From an uncultured Enterobacteriaceae bacterium (lineage in GTDB: Bacteria > Myxococcota_A > UBA9042), in the NCBI GenBank assembly GCA_964356325.1, contig CAYHHL010000009.1:1-62769 (forward strand): a DNA stretch of 62,769 nt, given 5' to 3'. The position numbers and the translations under genes are program-made. A model generated the notes under the pieces. It did no database searches and was not told where the DNA came from. It worked only from the letters and a program-made list of their open reading frames with translations. Positions 28,869 to 38,604 of this stretch are shown here, in pieces. Every line of letters begins with the position of its first letter. Position 1 is the first letter of the stretch.

Positions 28869-29786
28869 GTGAGCGACATGAAGACGACAATCGCCTTGTT
28901 TCCCAGCCTGCGCGCCATCGCCGCCGCCGGTTTGCTGTTGGCGCCGGCAGCCTTGCTCTCGGCCCCGGCCGCGGTGCTGGCCCAGCCGGCGCCCGAGCCG
29001 CCTGCCGCGACCGCGCCTGCCGCCGAACCGCCGGCGGAAGTGAAGCCGGAAGCGCCCAAAGCGGAAGCGAAGCCCGAGGCGCCGGCCGCCGAAGCCGAGA
29101 AACTGCCCGATGTCGTCGGTCCAGGCCCGGCCGAAGATGCCTATGGCAATACGGACGAATCCGTGCCGCTGGGCGGTCGCCTCGAGTGGGCGCGCCGGCG
29201 GGAAATCCGCGTCATCCAGAAGCGCGACGTGCTCAAGGAAGGCCGCCACGCCTTCACGATCCAGTCGGGCGTGGTGCCCAACGACGACTTCTTCGTGTAT
29301 CCGCTGGTCGGCGCCGGCTACCAGTACTTCTTCTCCGAGGACCTTGCCCTGGACGTCCACGGCGTCTACGCCTTCGAAAACAGCACGGGCCTCAAGGACT
29401 CGCTTGAAATCGCACGGCAATCGGGCGGTCCTGGCCTGGAAGTCCGCCTGCCGCAGGTACTCAAGGCGTACGCGTCAGCCGGCGTCGACTGGTACCTGCT
29501 GCACGGCAAGTTCGGCTTCTTCGGCACGCACTTGACCGAGTTCGACCTGTCGCTCAACTTCGGCGTCGGCGCGGTGCAGACCAAGATCACGCCGGTCAGC
29601 GGTGACCCGACGACCAAGTTCGACCCGGCGGGCGAAGTCGGCGCCGACCTCATGTTCTATCTGGCGCGCAACTGGGCCTTGCGCCTGGGCTATCGGCAGA
29701 ATTTCTATGGTGCGTCCGGCGGTGGCGTATCGTTCCCGATCTCGACCACCGTCGCGGTGACGTACTTCACGGCTGCTCCTCAATAG
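28869..29786 (+). CDS. gltA: Outer-membrane beta-barrel, GltA/GltB-like (second copy)
   Basis: Signal peptide, Pro/Ala/Glu linker, IRVIQKRDVLKEGR, GVVPNDDF, LHGKFGFF; ends VAVTYF. Paralog of the preceding gene; symbol by order only. Confidence 0.65.
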   Translation: MSDMKTTIALFPSLRAIAAAGLLLAPAALLSAPAAVLAQPAPEPPAATAPAAEPPAEVKPEAPKAEAKPEAPAAEAEKLPDVVGPGPAEDAYGNTDESVPLGGRLEWARRREIRVIQKRDVLKEGRHAFTIQSGVVPNDDFFVYPLVGAGYQYFFSEDLALDVHGVYAFENSTGLKDSLEIARQSGGPGLEVRLPQVLKAYASAGVDWYLLHGKFGFFGTHLTEFDLSLNFGVGAVQTKITPVSGDPTTKFDPAGEVGADLMFYLARNWALRLGYRQNFYGASGGGVSFPISTTVAVTYFTAAPQ

Positions 29787-29824
29787 CCGACCTGATCCGA
29801 TCCAAGTCTTTTGGAGGCCGTACC

Positions 29825-31771
29825 GTGTTGCAGTTGCAGAGCTTTCGTCGTCTCCTGTCCTCGCCGCGCCTCGCCGCCCTTGCGCTCGCCGCCGGTCTGG
29901 CGCTGGGTCCGGTCACCGAGGCGGTCGCGCTGACGGTCCAGGACGTCATCACGCTGACCGGTCTGGAAGTCCCCGACGACCAGATCATCAAGAAGATCCA
30001 GAAGGACGGCACCGTCTTCAAGCTGGCGCCGAGTGAGATCCTCGAACTGAAGAAGAAGGGCGTGTCCGACAAGGTCATTCGCTTCATGCTGCAGACCGGG
30101 CAAACGACCGGCGGCACGCCCGCTGGGCCGGCCAAGATCAAGACCGACGACAAAGCCAAGCGCGAGTTGTCGGCGGCCGAGCAGAAGGCCGAAGAGGCCA
30201 AGATCCAAGAGGAAGCCCTGCGCCTGGCCGACGAGGACCGCAAGCGCCAGGCCGCCCAGAAGAAGGCCTTTGCCAACAAGGTGATGGCCTCGGGCCTGCA
30301 GTTCGCGGAGGATGGCGACTGGCGCAAGGCCATCCAGCTGTTCAACAAGTTCGTGGACGAAGGTTCCGACGGCGTGCCCTATGCCCCGGATTCCGACGAG
30401 GTCTACAACGCCAACTATGGCATCGCCAAGGCCTTGGTGAACGCGGGGTTGTGGCAGTCCGGCGCGTCCAAGCTGCTCGATGTCGTGCGCGCGGGCCCGG
30501 ACAAGCCGTGGTTTCAGCAGGCGTTCCTGAAGCTGCGCGAACTGCGACGCAAGATCAACTACCGGCCGCCCGAGCTCGAGGACCTGACGCGCTTTTCGAT
30601 CGTCAACCAGCCCGCGGAGTTCCAGGACGCATACAACTACTTCGTCGGCGAGTTCCTGCACGACTTTGGCCTGTCCGCCGAGGCCAAGCCGTTTCTCGAC
30701 AAGGTCCACGCCGGCGCCGAGGACTATGCGCGCACTCAGTATCTCGTCGGCCTCATTCCGATTTCGCAGTCGCCCGAGGAAAAGGAGAAGCTCAACGCCG
30801 AACAGGTGACCGAGGCGAGCCAGGGCTTCCAGAAGGCGGTGCTCGCGGCCGAGAAGCAAGGCGTGGCCGGGCAGCCGGTGGTCGATCTGGCGTACTTGAG
30901 CCTGGCGCGCTTGGCCTATGACATCGGCCAGTTCGACGCGGCGATCTACTACTACAAGAAGATCAGCAAGAACTCGCCCAAGCTCGCCACGGCGTTCTAC
31001 GAGTCCGGCTGGACGTACTTCCTCAAGAATGACACGAGCCGCGCCCTGGGCACGTTCCATGCGCTACACAGCCCGTACTTCGCGCACCACTTCTATCCGG
31101 AACTGTGGATTCTCGAAGCGACGATGTACGTCAACATGTGCCAGATCGACTCCGCGCGCAAAGCCATGGAGATGTTCGAGAGCCACGTGATGTCGCTGAG
31201 CCCGCCGTTGCGCGACTTCATCAAGAAGAACCGCAAGCCAGAGGATTACTACATTTCCTTCATCGACTCGGTGAACAAGAAGGGCACCAACGGCCTGCCG
31301 CGCGTGTTGCAGTCGCCGGTGATGGAAAACGTCGAGTTCTACAACCTGTACCAGACCATCAAGCAGATCGAGAAGGAGGAGGCGACGCTGAAGGCCAACC
31401 TCAACCAGCTCGGGCCGTTCGGCCAGGATCTGCTCGGGCGCCTGGGCCAACTGCGCCAGGAGCGTATCAGCGAAGGCGGCGTGATCATTCAGAAGACTTT
31501 GCGCGTCGTGCAAAAGGATCTGGACAACTACTTCGACAAGCTGGACCAGCTCAAGATCGACCTCATCGAGGCCGAGCAGAACCGCATCGACGAAGCCATC
31601 GCCGGCAAGAAGGACGACGACGCGACCAAGGGGGCGGCCAAGCAGGGCTCCGTGGCGATCGCCGGCTCGGACTCGATGGTCTGGCCGTTCGAAGGCGAGT
31701 TCTGGAAGGACGAGATCGGCGCCTACCGCTCGTTTCTGCCCAACAAATGTCAGGTGGAAGCAGTGAAGTAG
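29825..31771 (+). CDS. gltC: GltC-like periplasmic TPR protein
   Basis: Signal peptide, TPRs (LAYLSLARLAYDIGQF, FYESGWTYF), LGTFHALHSPYF..FYPE and C-terminal WPFEGEFWKDEIGAYR typical of GltC; follows the two barrels. Confidence 0.75.
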   Translation: MLQLQSFRRLLSSPRLAALALAAGLALGPVTEAVALTVQDVITLTGLEVPDDQIIKKIQKDGTVFKLAPSEILELKKKGVSDKVIRFMLQTGQTTGGTPAGPAKIKTDDKAKRELSAAEQKAEEAKIQEEALRLADEDRKRQAAQKKAFANKVMASGLQFAEDGDWRKAIQLFNKFVDEGSDGVPYAPDSDEVYNANYGIAKALVNAGLWQSGASKLLDVVRAGPDKPWFQQAFLKLRELRRKINYRPPELEDLTRFSIVNQPAEFQDAYNYFVGEFLHDFGLSAEAKPFLDKVHAGAEDYARTQYLVGLIPISQSPEEKEKLNAEQVTEASQGFQKAVLAAEKQGVAGQPVVDLAYLSLARLAYDIGQFDAAIYYYKKISKNSPKLATAFYESGWTYFLKNDTSRALGTFHALHSPYFAHHFYPELWILEATMYVNMCQIDSARKAMEMFESHVMSLSPPLRDFIKKNRKPEDYYISFIDSVNKKGTNGLPRVLQSPVMENVEFYNLYQTIKQIEKEEATLKANLNQLGPFGQDLLGRLGQLRQERISEGGVIIQKTLRVVQKDLDNYFDKLDQLKIDLIEAEQNRIDEAIAGKKDDDATKGAAKQGSVAIAGSDSMVWPFEGEFWKDEIGAYRSFLPNKCQVEAVK

Positions 31772-31930
31772 GCCTGTCCAGGCAGACGACCGCCCCGAGA
31801 CCCATGAACGAAGCCGGCCCCTGATAAGCCGGTGTGATCGATGGTTGGCGACCCCGACCCGCGCACGTCAGCTCCAGTTGGCGACCCGGACCGAGTGCAG
31901 CGGACCACGAACGAGCGAAAGCACGAGAGG

Positions 31931-34900
31931 ATGGCGATGCGAGAGAAGTTTGACACCGGCAATCTGATGATCCGCAATCTGCTGATCCGCAAGTGGATTC
32001 GCCGGATGACGTCAGTGACGCTCTTGGCCGGCGTGCTGAGCGGCCTGCCGGTCTACGCTCAAGTCGTCGAAGACGTCGATGCCGGCGCGGGGACCAAGAA
32101 GGTCGACAAGAAAGCCTCGCTGATCGAGGACGTGAAGCCGGTCGAGCCGGCGCGCAAGAAGGTCGATGACGACAAGCTGAAGAAGGGCGGCTTCGACTAC
32201 GACCGTCTGGAAACGCTGGGCTTCTCGAAAAAGGAGCAGGAGCTCCAGTTCAAGAAGTCGCAGTTGCGCAAGGAGATCATCAAGACCACGGAACGGTTGC
32301 TGGACCGCACGACGGACAACAGCATCAAGCCCGACCTGATCTTTCGCCTGGCCGAGAACTGGTGGGAGGAGACCCACTACCAGTGGCTGCTCGAAGGCGC
32401 TGAATACATGAAGCAATTGGACGCGTGGGACAAGCTGCCGGAGACGCGCCGCGGGCCCAAGCCGACGCAGCCGGTCGAGAACTACCAGAAGTCCATCGAA
32501 TACTACGAGAAGATCCTGCAGCAGTACCCGAGCTACCCGCGCTTGGACGAAGTGCTGTACCGCTTGGGCAACGCCGCGCTGCAGCAGGGCAAGGCCTTGG
32601 GCGACAAGGTGCTTTCCAACAAGGGCGTGCAGTACCTGAACCAGCTGGTGCAGAAGTACCCGACCTCGAAGTACATCGCCAAGGCGCACCTCGATCTGGC
32701 CGAGCATTTCTTCGAGGCCAACAACCTGACCCTGGCCAAGATGAACTACGAGCGCATCACGCAGAACTTCAAGAACGCGCCGATGTTCAACTACGCGCTC
32801 TACAAGCTGGGCTGGGTCTACTACAACTTGCGCGAATTCCGCCGCACGATCGACACCTTCAAGCAAGTCGTCGAGACCATCAGCAAGGAGAAGGAGCAGG
32901 GCAAGATCGAGTTCCGCCTGCAGGCGCTCAAGGACCTGGTTCAGGCTTTCGCGGAATTGGACCATGGCTGGCCCGAGGCGAAGGACTACTTCAGCAAGAT
33001 CGAGGGTGACGCGGCCATGTGGACACGCCTCGAGAAGATGGCGGAAATCTACGTCGCGATCGACAAGGACGACAACGCCATCGAACTGTTCACCCTGTTC
33101 GTCGAGAGCCATCCGGCCGACGTTCGCTGCGTCGATTGGCACGAGTCGATCGTCGACGTGCGCAAGAAGATCGGCAACTTCCCCGACGTCGAAAAGGCGA
33201 TGCGCAGCTTCTTGGCCTTCACCGACGACCGGACCAGTGCGTGGGTCGCGGCGGTCAAGCGCCAGGGCGAGAAGGGCGGCGAGGCGTTGGACAAGGCCGG
33301 CAAGATGGGCGAGGCCTACTTGCTGTTCATTTCCAACAACTACCACCAGACCGCGCAGAAGACGCAGGACGAACAGAAGGACTTGGAGAAGGCCAAGCCG
33401 TTCTATGCCAAGGCCGCCAGCGACTACAAGGAGTTCGTCCGTCGCTATCCGAATAGCAAGAAGGCGTACGTCGTCAACTTCTACTACGCGGAAATCCTTT
33501 ATGATCAGCTGCAGGACTACCGCGGCGCGCTCGACGGCTACAAGGCGTGCATCGTCCGCGACCCGTCGGGCGAATTCGTCGAGGACGCGGCGTTGGGCGT
33601 GCTGTATTCGACCGAGAAGCTGATGGCCAAGACCCATGCGAAGTGGGACGCGGTCAAGAATGCCTGGGTGGACGATCCGACGGCGCCGGCGCTCATGGCC
33701 GAGATGGGCGAAGAGACGACGACCAAGAAGTTCAAGAAGGAGAAGAACTCCGAACTGACCGAGGAGCAGATCAAGTCCGCGCAAGTGCCGAAGAAGCGCC
33801 AGGAACTGCACCCGTTGGAGAAGGACTATGTCGACGCGGCGGACAAGTACGTCGAGATCATGTTCCGCTTGAAGGACGAGTGCGAGAAGGGCAACAAGCG
33901 CTCGTGCAACAAGGGCAAGAAGGTCCCGGAAATCATGTACGTGGCGGCGACGACCTACTACGATCGCGGCCAGTACGACAAGGCCGTGGAACGCTTGGAG
34001 AAGGTCTACACCTACCAGCCCGAGAACAAGGTCGCGGAAATCGCGGTCAAGACCATGATCGACGTGTTCGCGCGCCACAAGGAGTGGGTCAAGATCGAGG
34101 ACTGGGCGCGCAAGATGCTGGTGCGCAAGAACCGGATCGTGTTGGAGACCAAGGACCTGCGCAAGTACATCGTCGTGGCCGTGGCCGAGCAGGCGTTCGA
34201 ACTGGTCGAGCGCAAGGACTGGGACGGCGCGCACAAGAAGTTCGACACCATCCTGGCCGAGTTCCGCAAGGACGAACCGGAGTTGGCGGCGACCGCGCTC
34301 TACAACAAGGCGATCCTGTACGAGAAGCAGAAGGAGGACGTCAAGGCGATCACGACGTATGAGCGTGTCGTCAAGGAGTTTCCCAAGGCCAAGGTCGGTC
34401 CCGAGGCGATGTTCCAGATCGGCGTGATCTACGAATCGATGACCCAATTCAAGGACGCCGCCGACGCGTTCCTGAACATGGCGAAGTTGCGGGACAATGC
34501 CGACGCGGCCCAGGCGCTCATCAACGCGGGCCAGATCCTGACCGCGCTGCAGAGCTACAAGGAAGCGGGTGCGGCCTACGACAAGTTCCAGACGGTGGCG
34601 GGCGCACTCAAGGGCGAGGACGAGAACACCAAGCGTCTCAAGGGTTTGATTCCCGATGCCGAGATGGAGAAGGGCCACGTGTTCGAGAAGCTGGGCACCG
34701 AGGGCGCGGCGAAGGCAGCGGGCATCTACGCGTCCATCGTGACGAAGTTCAGCAACCGTCCGGACTTGCAAGTGGAAGCGCTGGGCCGCCGCACCGAGAC
34801 GTTGCGCACGAGCGACCCGGTCAAGAACCGCAAGGAGGTCGTGAAGGCGGCCGATGCAGCGGTGGCGGCGTTCGCCAAGCCCGAGGCGCAGAAGGGGCGC

Positions 34901-35593
34901 GCGGCCTACCACGTGGCGCAGGCGCAGTTCTACAAGTCCGAGTATGACTTCGATGACTTCGACGTGGTGACGCTGAAGACGGTGAAGAAGATGTCGGCGT
35001 TGGGGCCGGCTCTGCAGAAGAAGGCAGAACTGCTGAAGAAGGCTGAGAAGGGCTACTTCACGGTCATCGATGCCACGGCGGCTGGCGCGGGTCGGGCGTT
35101 CGCCGCGGCATCGGCGTTCAAGATCGGCGTGCTGTACTTCAAGTTCAAGGAAGACTTGTTCAATGCACCGGTGCCGCCGCAAGTGGCGCAGAATCCGGAG
35201 CTCGAGCAGGCCTACCGGGCGATCATCGAGAAGTTGGCGGTGCCGATCGAAGAGCAGTCCCTGTCGGCGTTGCGCAATGCCATCAACATGGCGCACAACC
35301 TCGGCGTCTACAACAAATGGTCCAAGGAAGCCGGCGAGTACGCGGCGCGGGTCAGTCCCGAGGAATACCCGACGGTCGAGAAGGACCCGAACCTGCCCAA
35401 GGCGACCACGGCGGTCAGCGCGAACAAGGCGACCGACGCGGCGACTTCGGCGGCGTTCATCACGAGCGTTCGGCGCGGCAAGTTCACCGTGTCGTTCAAG
35501 CCGGGCGACGACAAGCCCGTGGAACCCAAGACCAAGGGCAAGTCTTCGGGCGCGGTCGAGGGTGGCAAGCCCTCAGCTCCTGCGCCGCAGTAG
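31931..35593 (+). CDS. gltD: GltD (AgmU)-like large TPR protein
   Basis: About 1220 aa secreted TPR protein (YPSYPRLDEVLYRLG, ALYKLGWVYYN, FYYAEILY, C-terminal LGVYNKWS); start revised to ATG 31931; sits upstream of gltE/gltF-like genes. Confidence 0.7.
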   Translation: MAMREKFDTGNLMIRNLLIRKWIRRMTSVTLLAGVLSGLPVYAQVVEDVDAGAGTKKVDKKASLIEDVKPVEPARKKVDDDKLKKGGFDYDRLETLGFSKKEQELQFKKSQLRKEIIKTTERLLDRTTDNSIKPDLIFRLAENWWEETHYQWLLEGAEYMKQLDAWDKLPETRRGPKPTQPVENYQKSIEYYEKILQQYPSYPRLDEVLYRLGNAALQQGKALGDKVLSNKGVQYLNQLVQKYPTSKYIAKAHLDLAEHFFEANNLTLAKMNYERITQNFKNAPMFNYALYKLGWVYYNLREFRRTIDTFKQVVETISKEKEQGKIEFRLQALKDLVQAFAELDHGWPEAKDYFSKIEGDAAMWTRLEKMAEIYVAIDKDDNAIELFTLFVESHPADVRCVDWHESIVDVRKKIGNFPDVEKAMRSFLAFTDDRTSAWVAAVKRQGEKGGEALDKAGKMGEAYLLFISNNYHQTAQKTQDEQKDLEKAKPFYAKAASDYKEFVRRYPNSKKAYVVNFYYAEILYDQLQDYRGALDGYKACIVRDPSGEFVEDAALGVLYSTEKLMAKTHAKWDAVKNAWVDDPTAPALMAEMGEETTTKKFKKEKNSELTEEQIKSAQVPKKRQELHPLEKDYVDAADKYVEIMFRLKDECEKGNKRSCNKGKKVPEIMYVAATTYYDRGQYDKAVERLEKVYTYQPENKVAEIAVKTMIDVFARHKEWVKIEDWARKMLVRKNRIVLETKDLRKYIVVAVAEQAFELVERKDWDGAHKKFDTILAEFRKDEPELAATALYNKAILYEKQKEDVKAITTYERVVKEFPKAKVGPEAMFQIGVIYESMTQFKDAADAFLNMAKLRDNADAAQALINAGQILTALQSYKEAGAAYDKFQTVAGALKGEDENTKRLKGLIPDAEMEKGHVFEKLGTEGAAKAAGIYASIVTKFSNRPDLQVEALGRRTETLRTSDPVKNRKEVVKAADAAVAAFAKPEAQKGRAAYHVAQAQFYKSEYDFDDFDVVTLKTVKKMSALGPALQKKAELLKKAEKGYFTVIDATAAGAGRAFAAASAFKIGVLYFKFKEDLFNAPVPPQVAQNPELEQAYRAIIEKLAVPIEEQSLSALRNAINMAHNLGVYNKWSKEAGEYAARVSPEEYPTVEKDPNLPKATTAVSANKATDAATSAAFITSVRRGKFTVSFKPGDDKPVEPKTKGKSSGAVEGGKPSAPAPQ

Positions 35594-35698
35594 TTCCGCG
35601 AAATCTTTGCAGTGAACGAGCTGGGGACAGACACCCGGCGACAGAATCGAGAGCAGCGGGCATTCGCCAAAGCGAACCGCGGGCAAGGACGAACAGAC

Positions 35699-37837
35699 AT
35701 GCAGCAGCGGATCGCCATGACTCGTAGTATCCAGAAGCTTCGCAACGTATTGGCAGTCGCAGGCTTGCTGTGCCTGACCATGCCGGTGGCGGCCTGGGCC
35801 CAGCAAGGCGCGTACCTCGAGGGCGTGAGCGAGAAGGCTCAGGACGCCATGCGCGAAGGTCTCGGCGCCGCGCTGCGCAAGCTGCCGAAGTGCAACCAGT
35901 TCCAGATGCGTGAGGACGGCGAGTGCTGCGCGCCCGGCTTCATCTCGCTGGGCAAGTCATGCGTGCGTATTGCCCCGCCGACTTGCGCCGCGGTGGCCAT
36001 CGACGCGCCGGAGTCCTGCAACATCACGCGCTGCGCCAAGTACTCGCGGTCCAAAGAAGTCGAGGTCGACGCGATCGGCGACGACGGCAAGCCCACGGGC
36101 CAAAAAGAGAAGAAGACGATCGAGGAGCCTTGCGAGCCCTGGGTCGGCGGCAAGCGCGACCTGACCTGCGAACTGGACACTTACGACTGCAAGAAAGAGG
36201 AGATGGCCTCCGGACCCGTGCGTTGGTGCGGCGACTGGGTCAAGGAAGTGCCGATCGTCGCCGCGGCGGACGCGCCCAAGCCGGTCGGTCCTTCGGTCGA
36301 GTTCGTGCGCTGCAAGGCTGGCACCGAGGGCTGCAACCTGGACGTGCGCGAGTGCATGGGCCCCGAATTGCTGGGCAACAAGTCCGAGGGCGCAATCTGC
36401 AAGATTGGCGAGTACATGGACCCCGCCAGCGGCAAGTGCAGCACCTACCAGTGCCCGCAGGTGTGCCGCACGTCCGATGGGCGCTGCAGCAAGTGCGGCC
36501 CTGACTACCAGGGCGCGGCCGACAGCTTCCGCAAGGCGATCGATGCCGACAAGCGCTTCTACGAGGCGTACTTCAACCTCGGCATGGCGCTGGAACGGCA
36601 GGGCAAGTACGCCGACGCGCAGCAGACCTACGACGCGGCCAAGAGCATCGAACCTAAGGACGAGCGCGAGAAAGTGCTGCAACTCTCAGCCCAAGGCTAC
36701 ATCGCCCGGGGCTGGCTGGCACAAGCCCACCGTCTGGACGAAGCCGGCGAGCCCGACAAGGCCCGATCGTTGCGCGAGCAGGCCAAGGGCGTGTGCGAAG
36801 GCATCCGCGGCCAGGATCCGGACAACTCGATGGCGAACGTGGCGTTGGCGCTGTATTACCTGGAGGGCGAGACCACCAACCTGGAACTCGCCGAGCAGTT
36901 CGTGCGCCAAGCCCTGCGCAACAACCGCGAGGACACCATCGCGCTGAACATCCGCGGCGTGATCAACCTGCGCCAGAACAAGAACGAGATTGCCCGCTGG
37001 ATTCTCGAGGAAAAAGTGCTGGGTCTGGATCCGGCCAATGCCGAAGCGCTGGCGAACCTGGGTCTCGCGTACGTGCGCCTGGGCGATTTGCCCAAAGCGG
37101 TGGCGGCGCTCGAACGGGCGGTGAAGCTGAACCCGAACTCGATCGCGGCGCGCATGGACCTGGGTGCCATCTACCTGGAGTACTTGAACTATCGCGATGC
37201 GGATCGGCAGTACGCGGCGGCGCTTCGACTCGAACCGGAGAACTTGGAAGCGTTGACCGGGCGCGCGCTGACCTTGGAAGGCAAGCGCCAGCCGAAGGAA
37301 GCCGCGGAGATCTATGAGAAGGTGCTGGTCAAGGATGCCTCTCGTTCGGCGATCGTGGTGCGGCTGGCGCTCATCTACAACAAGGCTCCGTTCAACGACG
37401 GCAACAAGTCGATCACCTATTGGCAGCGGTACTTGGAGGCGATTGGCGTGCAACCGGCGCAGCGCGTGCAGGTCGTCGCGGACCTCAAAGCCGCTCTGGA
37501 TGCGACGCGGACCGCGATCAAGGGCTACGAGAAGGCGCCGCGCAAGGCCCCTGCGGACTGGGCCAAGCAGAAGGCCGAACTGGTGGGCAAGGAGCAGACG
37601 CAGGCAACTCGCTGGAAGAACGTCGCGGCGATCAACAGCTTCATCGACTCCATCGAGCAGGGCATGATCCTGGAGAAGCAGGCCAAGGACCCGGCCCCGA
37701 AGGCTCCGGACGCCGCGCCCGTCCCGACTCCGGGGCCGGCGCCGGCGCCGCCGCTGGCGCCCGAGGCCAAGGGGGCTGCTACAGCGCCGCGAGCCGCGGA
37801 AGAGCCGAAGACCGCGGCGCCCGCTGCCAAGCCGTAG
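35699..37837 (+). CDS. gltE: GltE (AglT)-like TPR protein with an N-terminal 20-Cys domain
   Basis: Signal peptide (AAWA|Q), Cys-rich block, then TPRs (EAYFNLGMALERQG, ALANLGL, ARMDLGAIYLEYLNY) and a Pro/Ala tail; position between gltD and gltF. Confidence 0.6.
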   Translation: MQQRIAMTRSIQKLRNVLAVAGLLCLTMPVAAWAQQGAYLEGVSEKAQDAMREGLGAALRKLPKCNQFQMREDGECCAPGFISLGKSCVRIAPPTCAAVAIDAPESCNITRCAKYSRSKEVEVDAIGDDGKPTGQKEKKTIEEPCEPWVGGKRDLTCELDTYDCKKEEMASGPVRWCGDWVKEVPIVAAADAPKPVGPSVEFVRCKAGTEGCNLDVRECMGPELLGNKSEGAICKIGEYMDPASGKCSTYQCPQVCRTSDGRCSKCGPDYQGAADSFRKAIDADKRFYEAYFNLGMALERQGKYADAQQTYDAAKSIEPKDEREKVLQLSAQGYIARGWLAQAHRLDEAGEPDKARSLREQAKGVCEGIRGQDPDNSMANVALALYYLEGETTNLELAEQFVRQALRNNREDTIALNIRGVINLRQNKNEIARWILEEKVLGLDPANAEALANLGLAYVRLGDLPKAVAALERAVKLNPNSIAARMDLGAIYLEYLNYRDADRQYAAALRLEPENLEALTGRALTLEGKRQPKEAAEIYEKVLVKDASRSAIVVRLALIYNKAPFNDGNKSITYWQRYLEAIGVQPAQRVQVVADLKAALDATRTAIKGYEKAPRKAPADWAKQKAELVGKEQTQATRWKNVAAINSFIDSIEQGMILEKQAKDPAPKAPDAAPVPTPGPAPAPPLAPEAKGAATAPRAAEEPKTAAPAAKP

Positions 37838-37905
37838 CAGGACGATGCGAAGGTTGCGCGCAGAATCCTGCGCTAGTTCGCAAGCCTGGCGGGGACAATA
37901 CCTGC

Positions 37906-37933
37906 TTGACGAAACGGACGGCTAGAGTACTTT
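37906..37933 (+). promoter_or_regulatory. Possible sigma-70 promoter just upstream of gltF
   Basis: TTGACG-16 nt-TACTTT in the gltE-gltF gap. Confidence 0.4.
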
Positions 37934-37969
37934 GGAACGCTGCTGTACGCCGAACCCATGGAGTCCGAG

Positions 37970-38233
37970 ATGTCGCGCACCCTTCGCCTGTTGCTCCTGA
38001 GCCTTTTCGTCGTGACGCCGGTACTCGGCACCGCGGGCGTCGCGCTGGCCGCCGATACCGACAAGGCCAAGTTCTACGACTTCAGCGACCAATTGATCGA
38101 CGGCGAAGTGAAGAAGCCGACCGTGCTGCTGAACGAAGGCCGCCAGCGTGCCAAGTTCGAGAAGCTGCTGAAGCTGAAGAAGTCGTTCCGGCCGGCGATG
38201 ATCGAGACCAGCAAGGAACGGATCCTGAAGTAA
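37970..38233 (+). CDS. gltF: GltF (CglF)-like small secreted protein
   Basis: Signal peptide (ALA|AD), then YDFSDQLIDGEVKKP..FEKLLKLKKSFRPAM, matching the CglF pattern (DF.D..I.GE..KP..F..L...R..F); GGAG before ATG 37970. Confidence 0.75.
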   Translation: MSRTLRLLLLSLFVVTPVLGTAGVALAADTDKAKFYDFSDQLIDGEVKKPTVLLNEGRQRAKFEKLLKLKKSFRPAMIETSKERILK

Positions 38234-38274
38234 CTGACGGGTGGCACTCGAAGAGTGCCGGACCCCGTCAGTTA
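38231..38274 (+). terminator. Long hairpin starting at the gltF stop codon
   Basis: TAACTGACGGG/CCCGTCAGTTA outer stem (11 bp) plus GGCACTC/GAGTGCC inner stem (7 bp); no U-tract, so it may be a stabiliser or processing site. Confidence 0.5.
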
Positions 38275-38411
38275 CCCTGAGCGCGAGCAGTAGATCCACC
38301 CGGTGTTCCGATCGAGACTCAGCGTCGATCGAATCCCGCGCGAAGGGTCTCCCAGGCAAGCCCAAGACGCGCCCGACCTCCACTGCAGCCTCGGCGACCC
38401 ACCCGCGCGCC

Positions 38412-38461
38412 ATCGCCGGCTCAACCGCGCGCAATCGCCGGCCCAACCGGGCGCAATCGCC
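38412..38461. repeat. 22-bp tandem direct repeat in the intergenic region
   Basis: ATCGCCGGCTCAACCGCGCGCA / ATCGCCGGCCCAACCGGGCGCA / ATCGCC, with a partial unit at 38401-38411. Confidence 0.75.
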
Positions 38462-38604
38462 TCACCGACATCGGATGGCGCTTGCGGGATCGTGCGCGCT
38501 TTCGTTACATTCAGCGGTTCGTCCGCCGAGCGGGGCCTCACTCGCCCTTTCTCGCCCGACCCTGACATGTTCGCAGCGCCCGAATGCGGCGCACTGAGGA
38601 CCTG

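Noticed and set aside
31844-31888. GTTGGCGACCC repeated twice between gltC and gltD
   Set aside because: Only 11 bp, GC-rich, two copies; compatible with chance.
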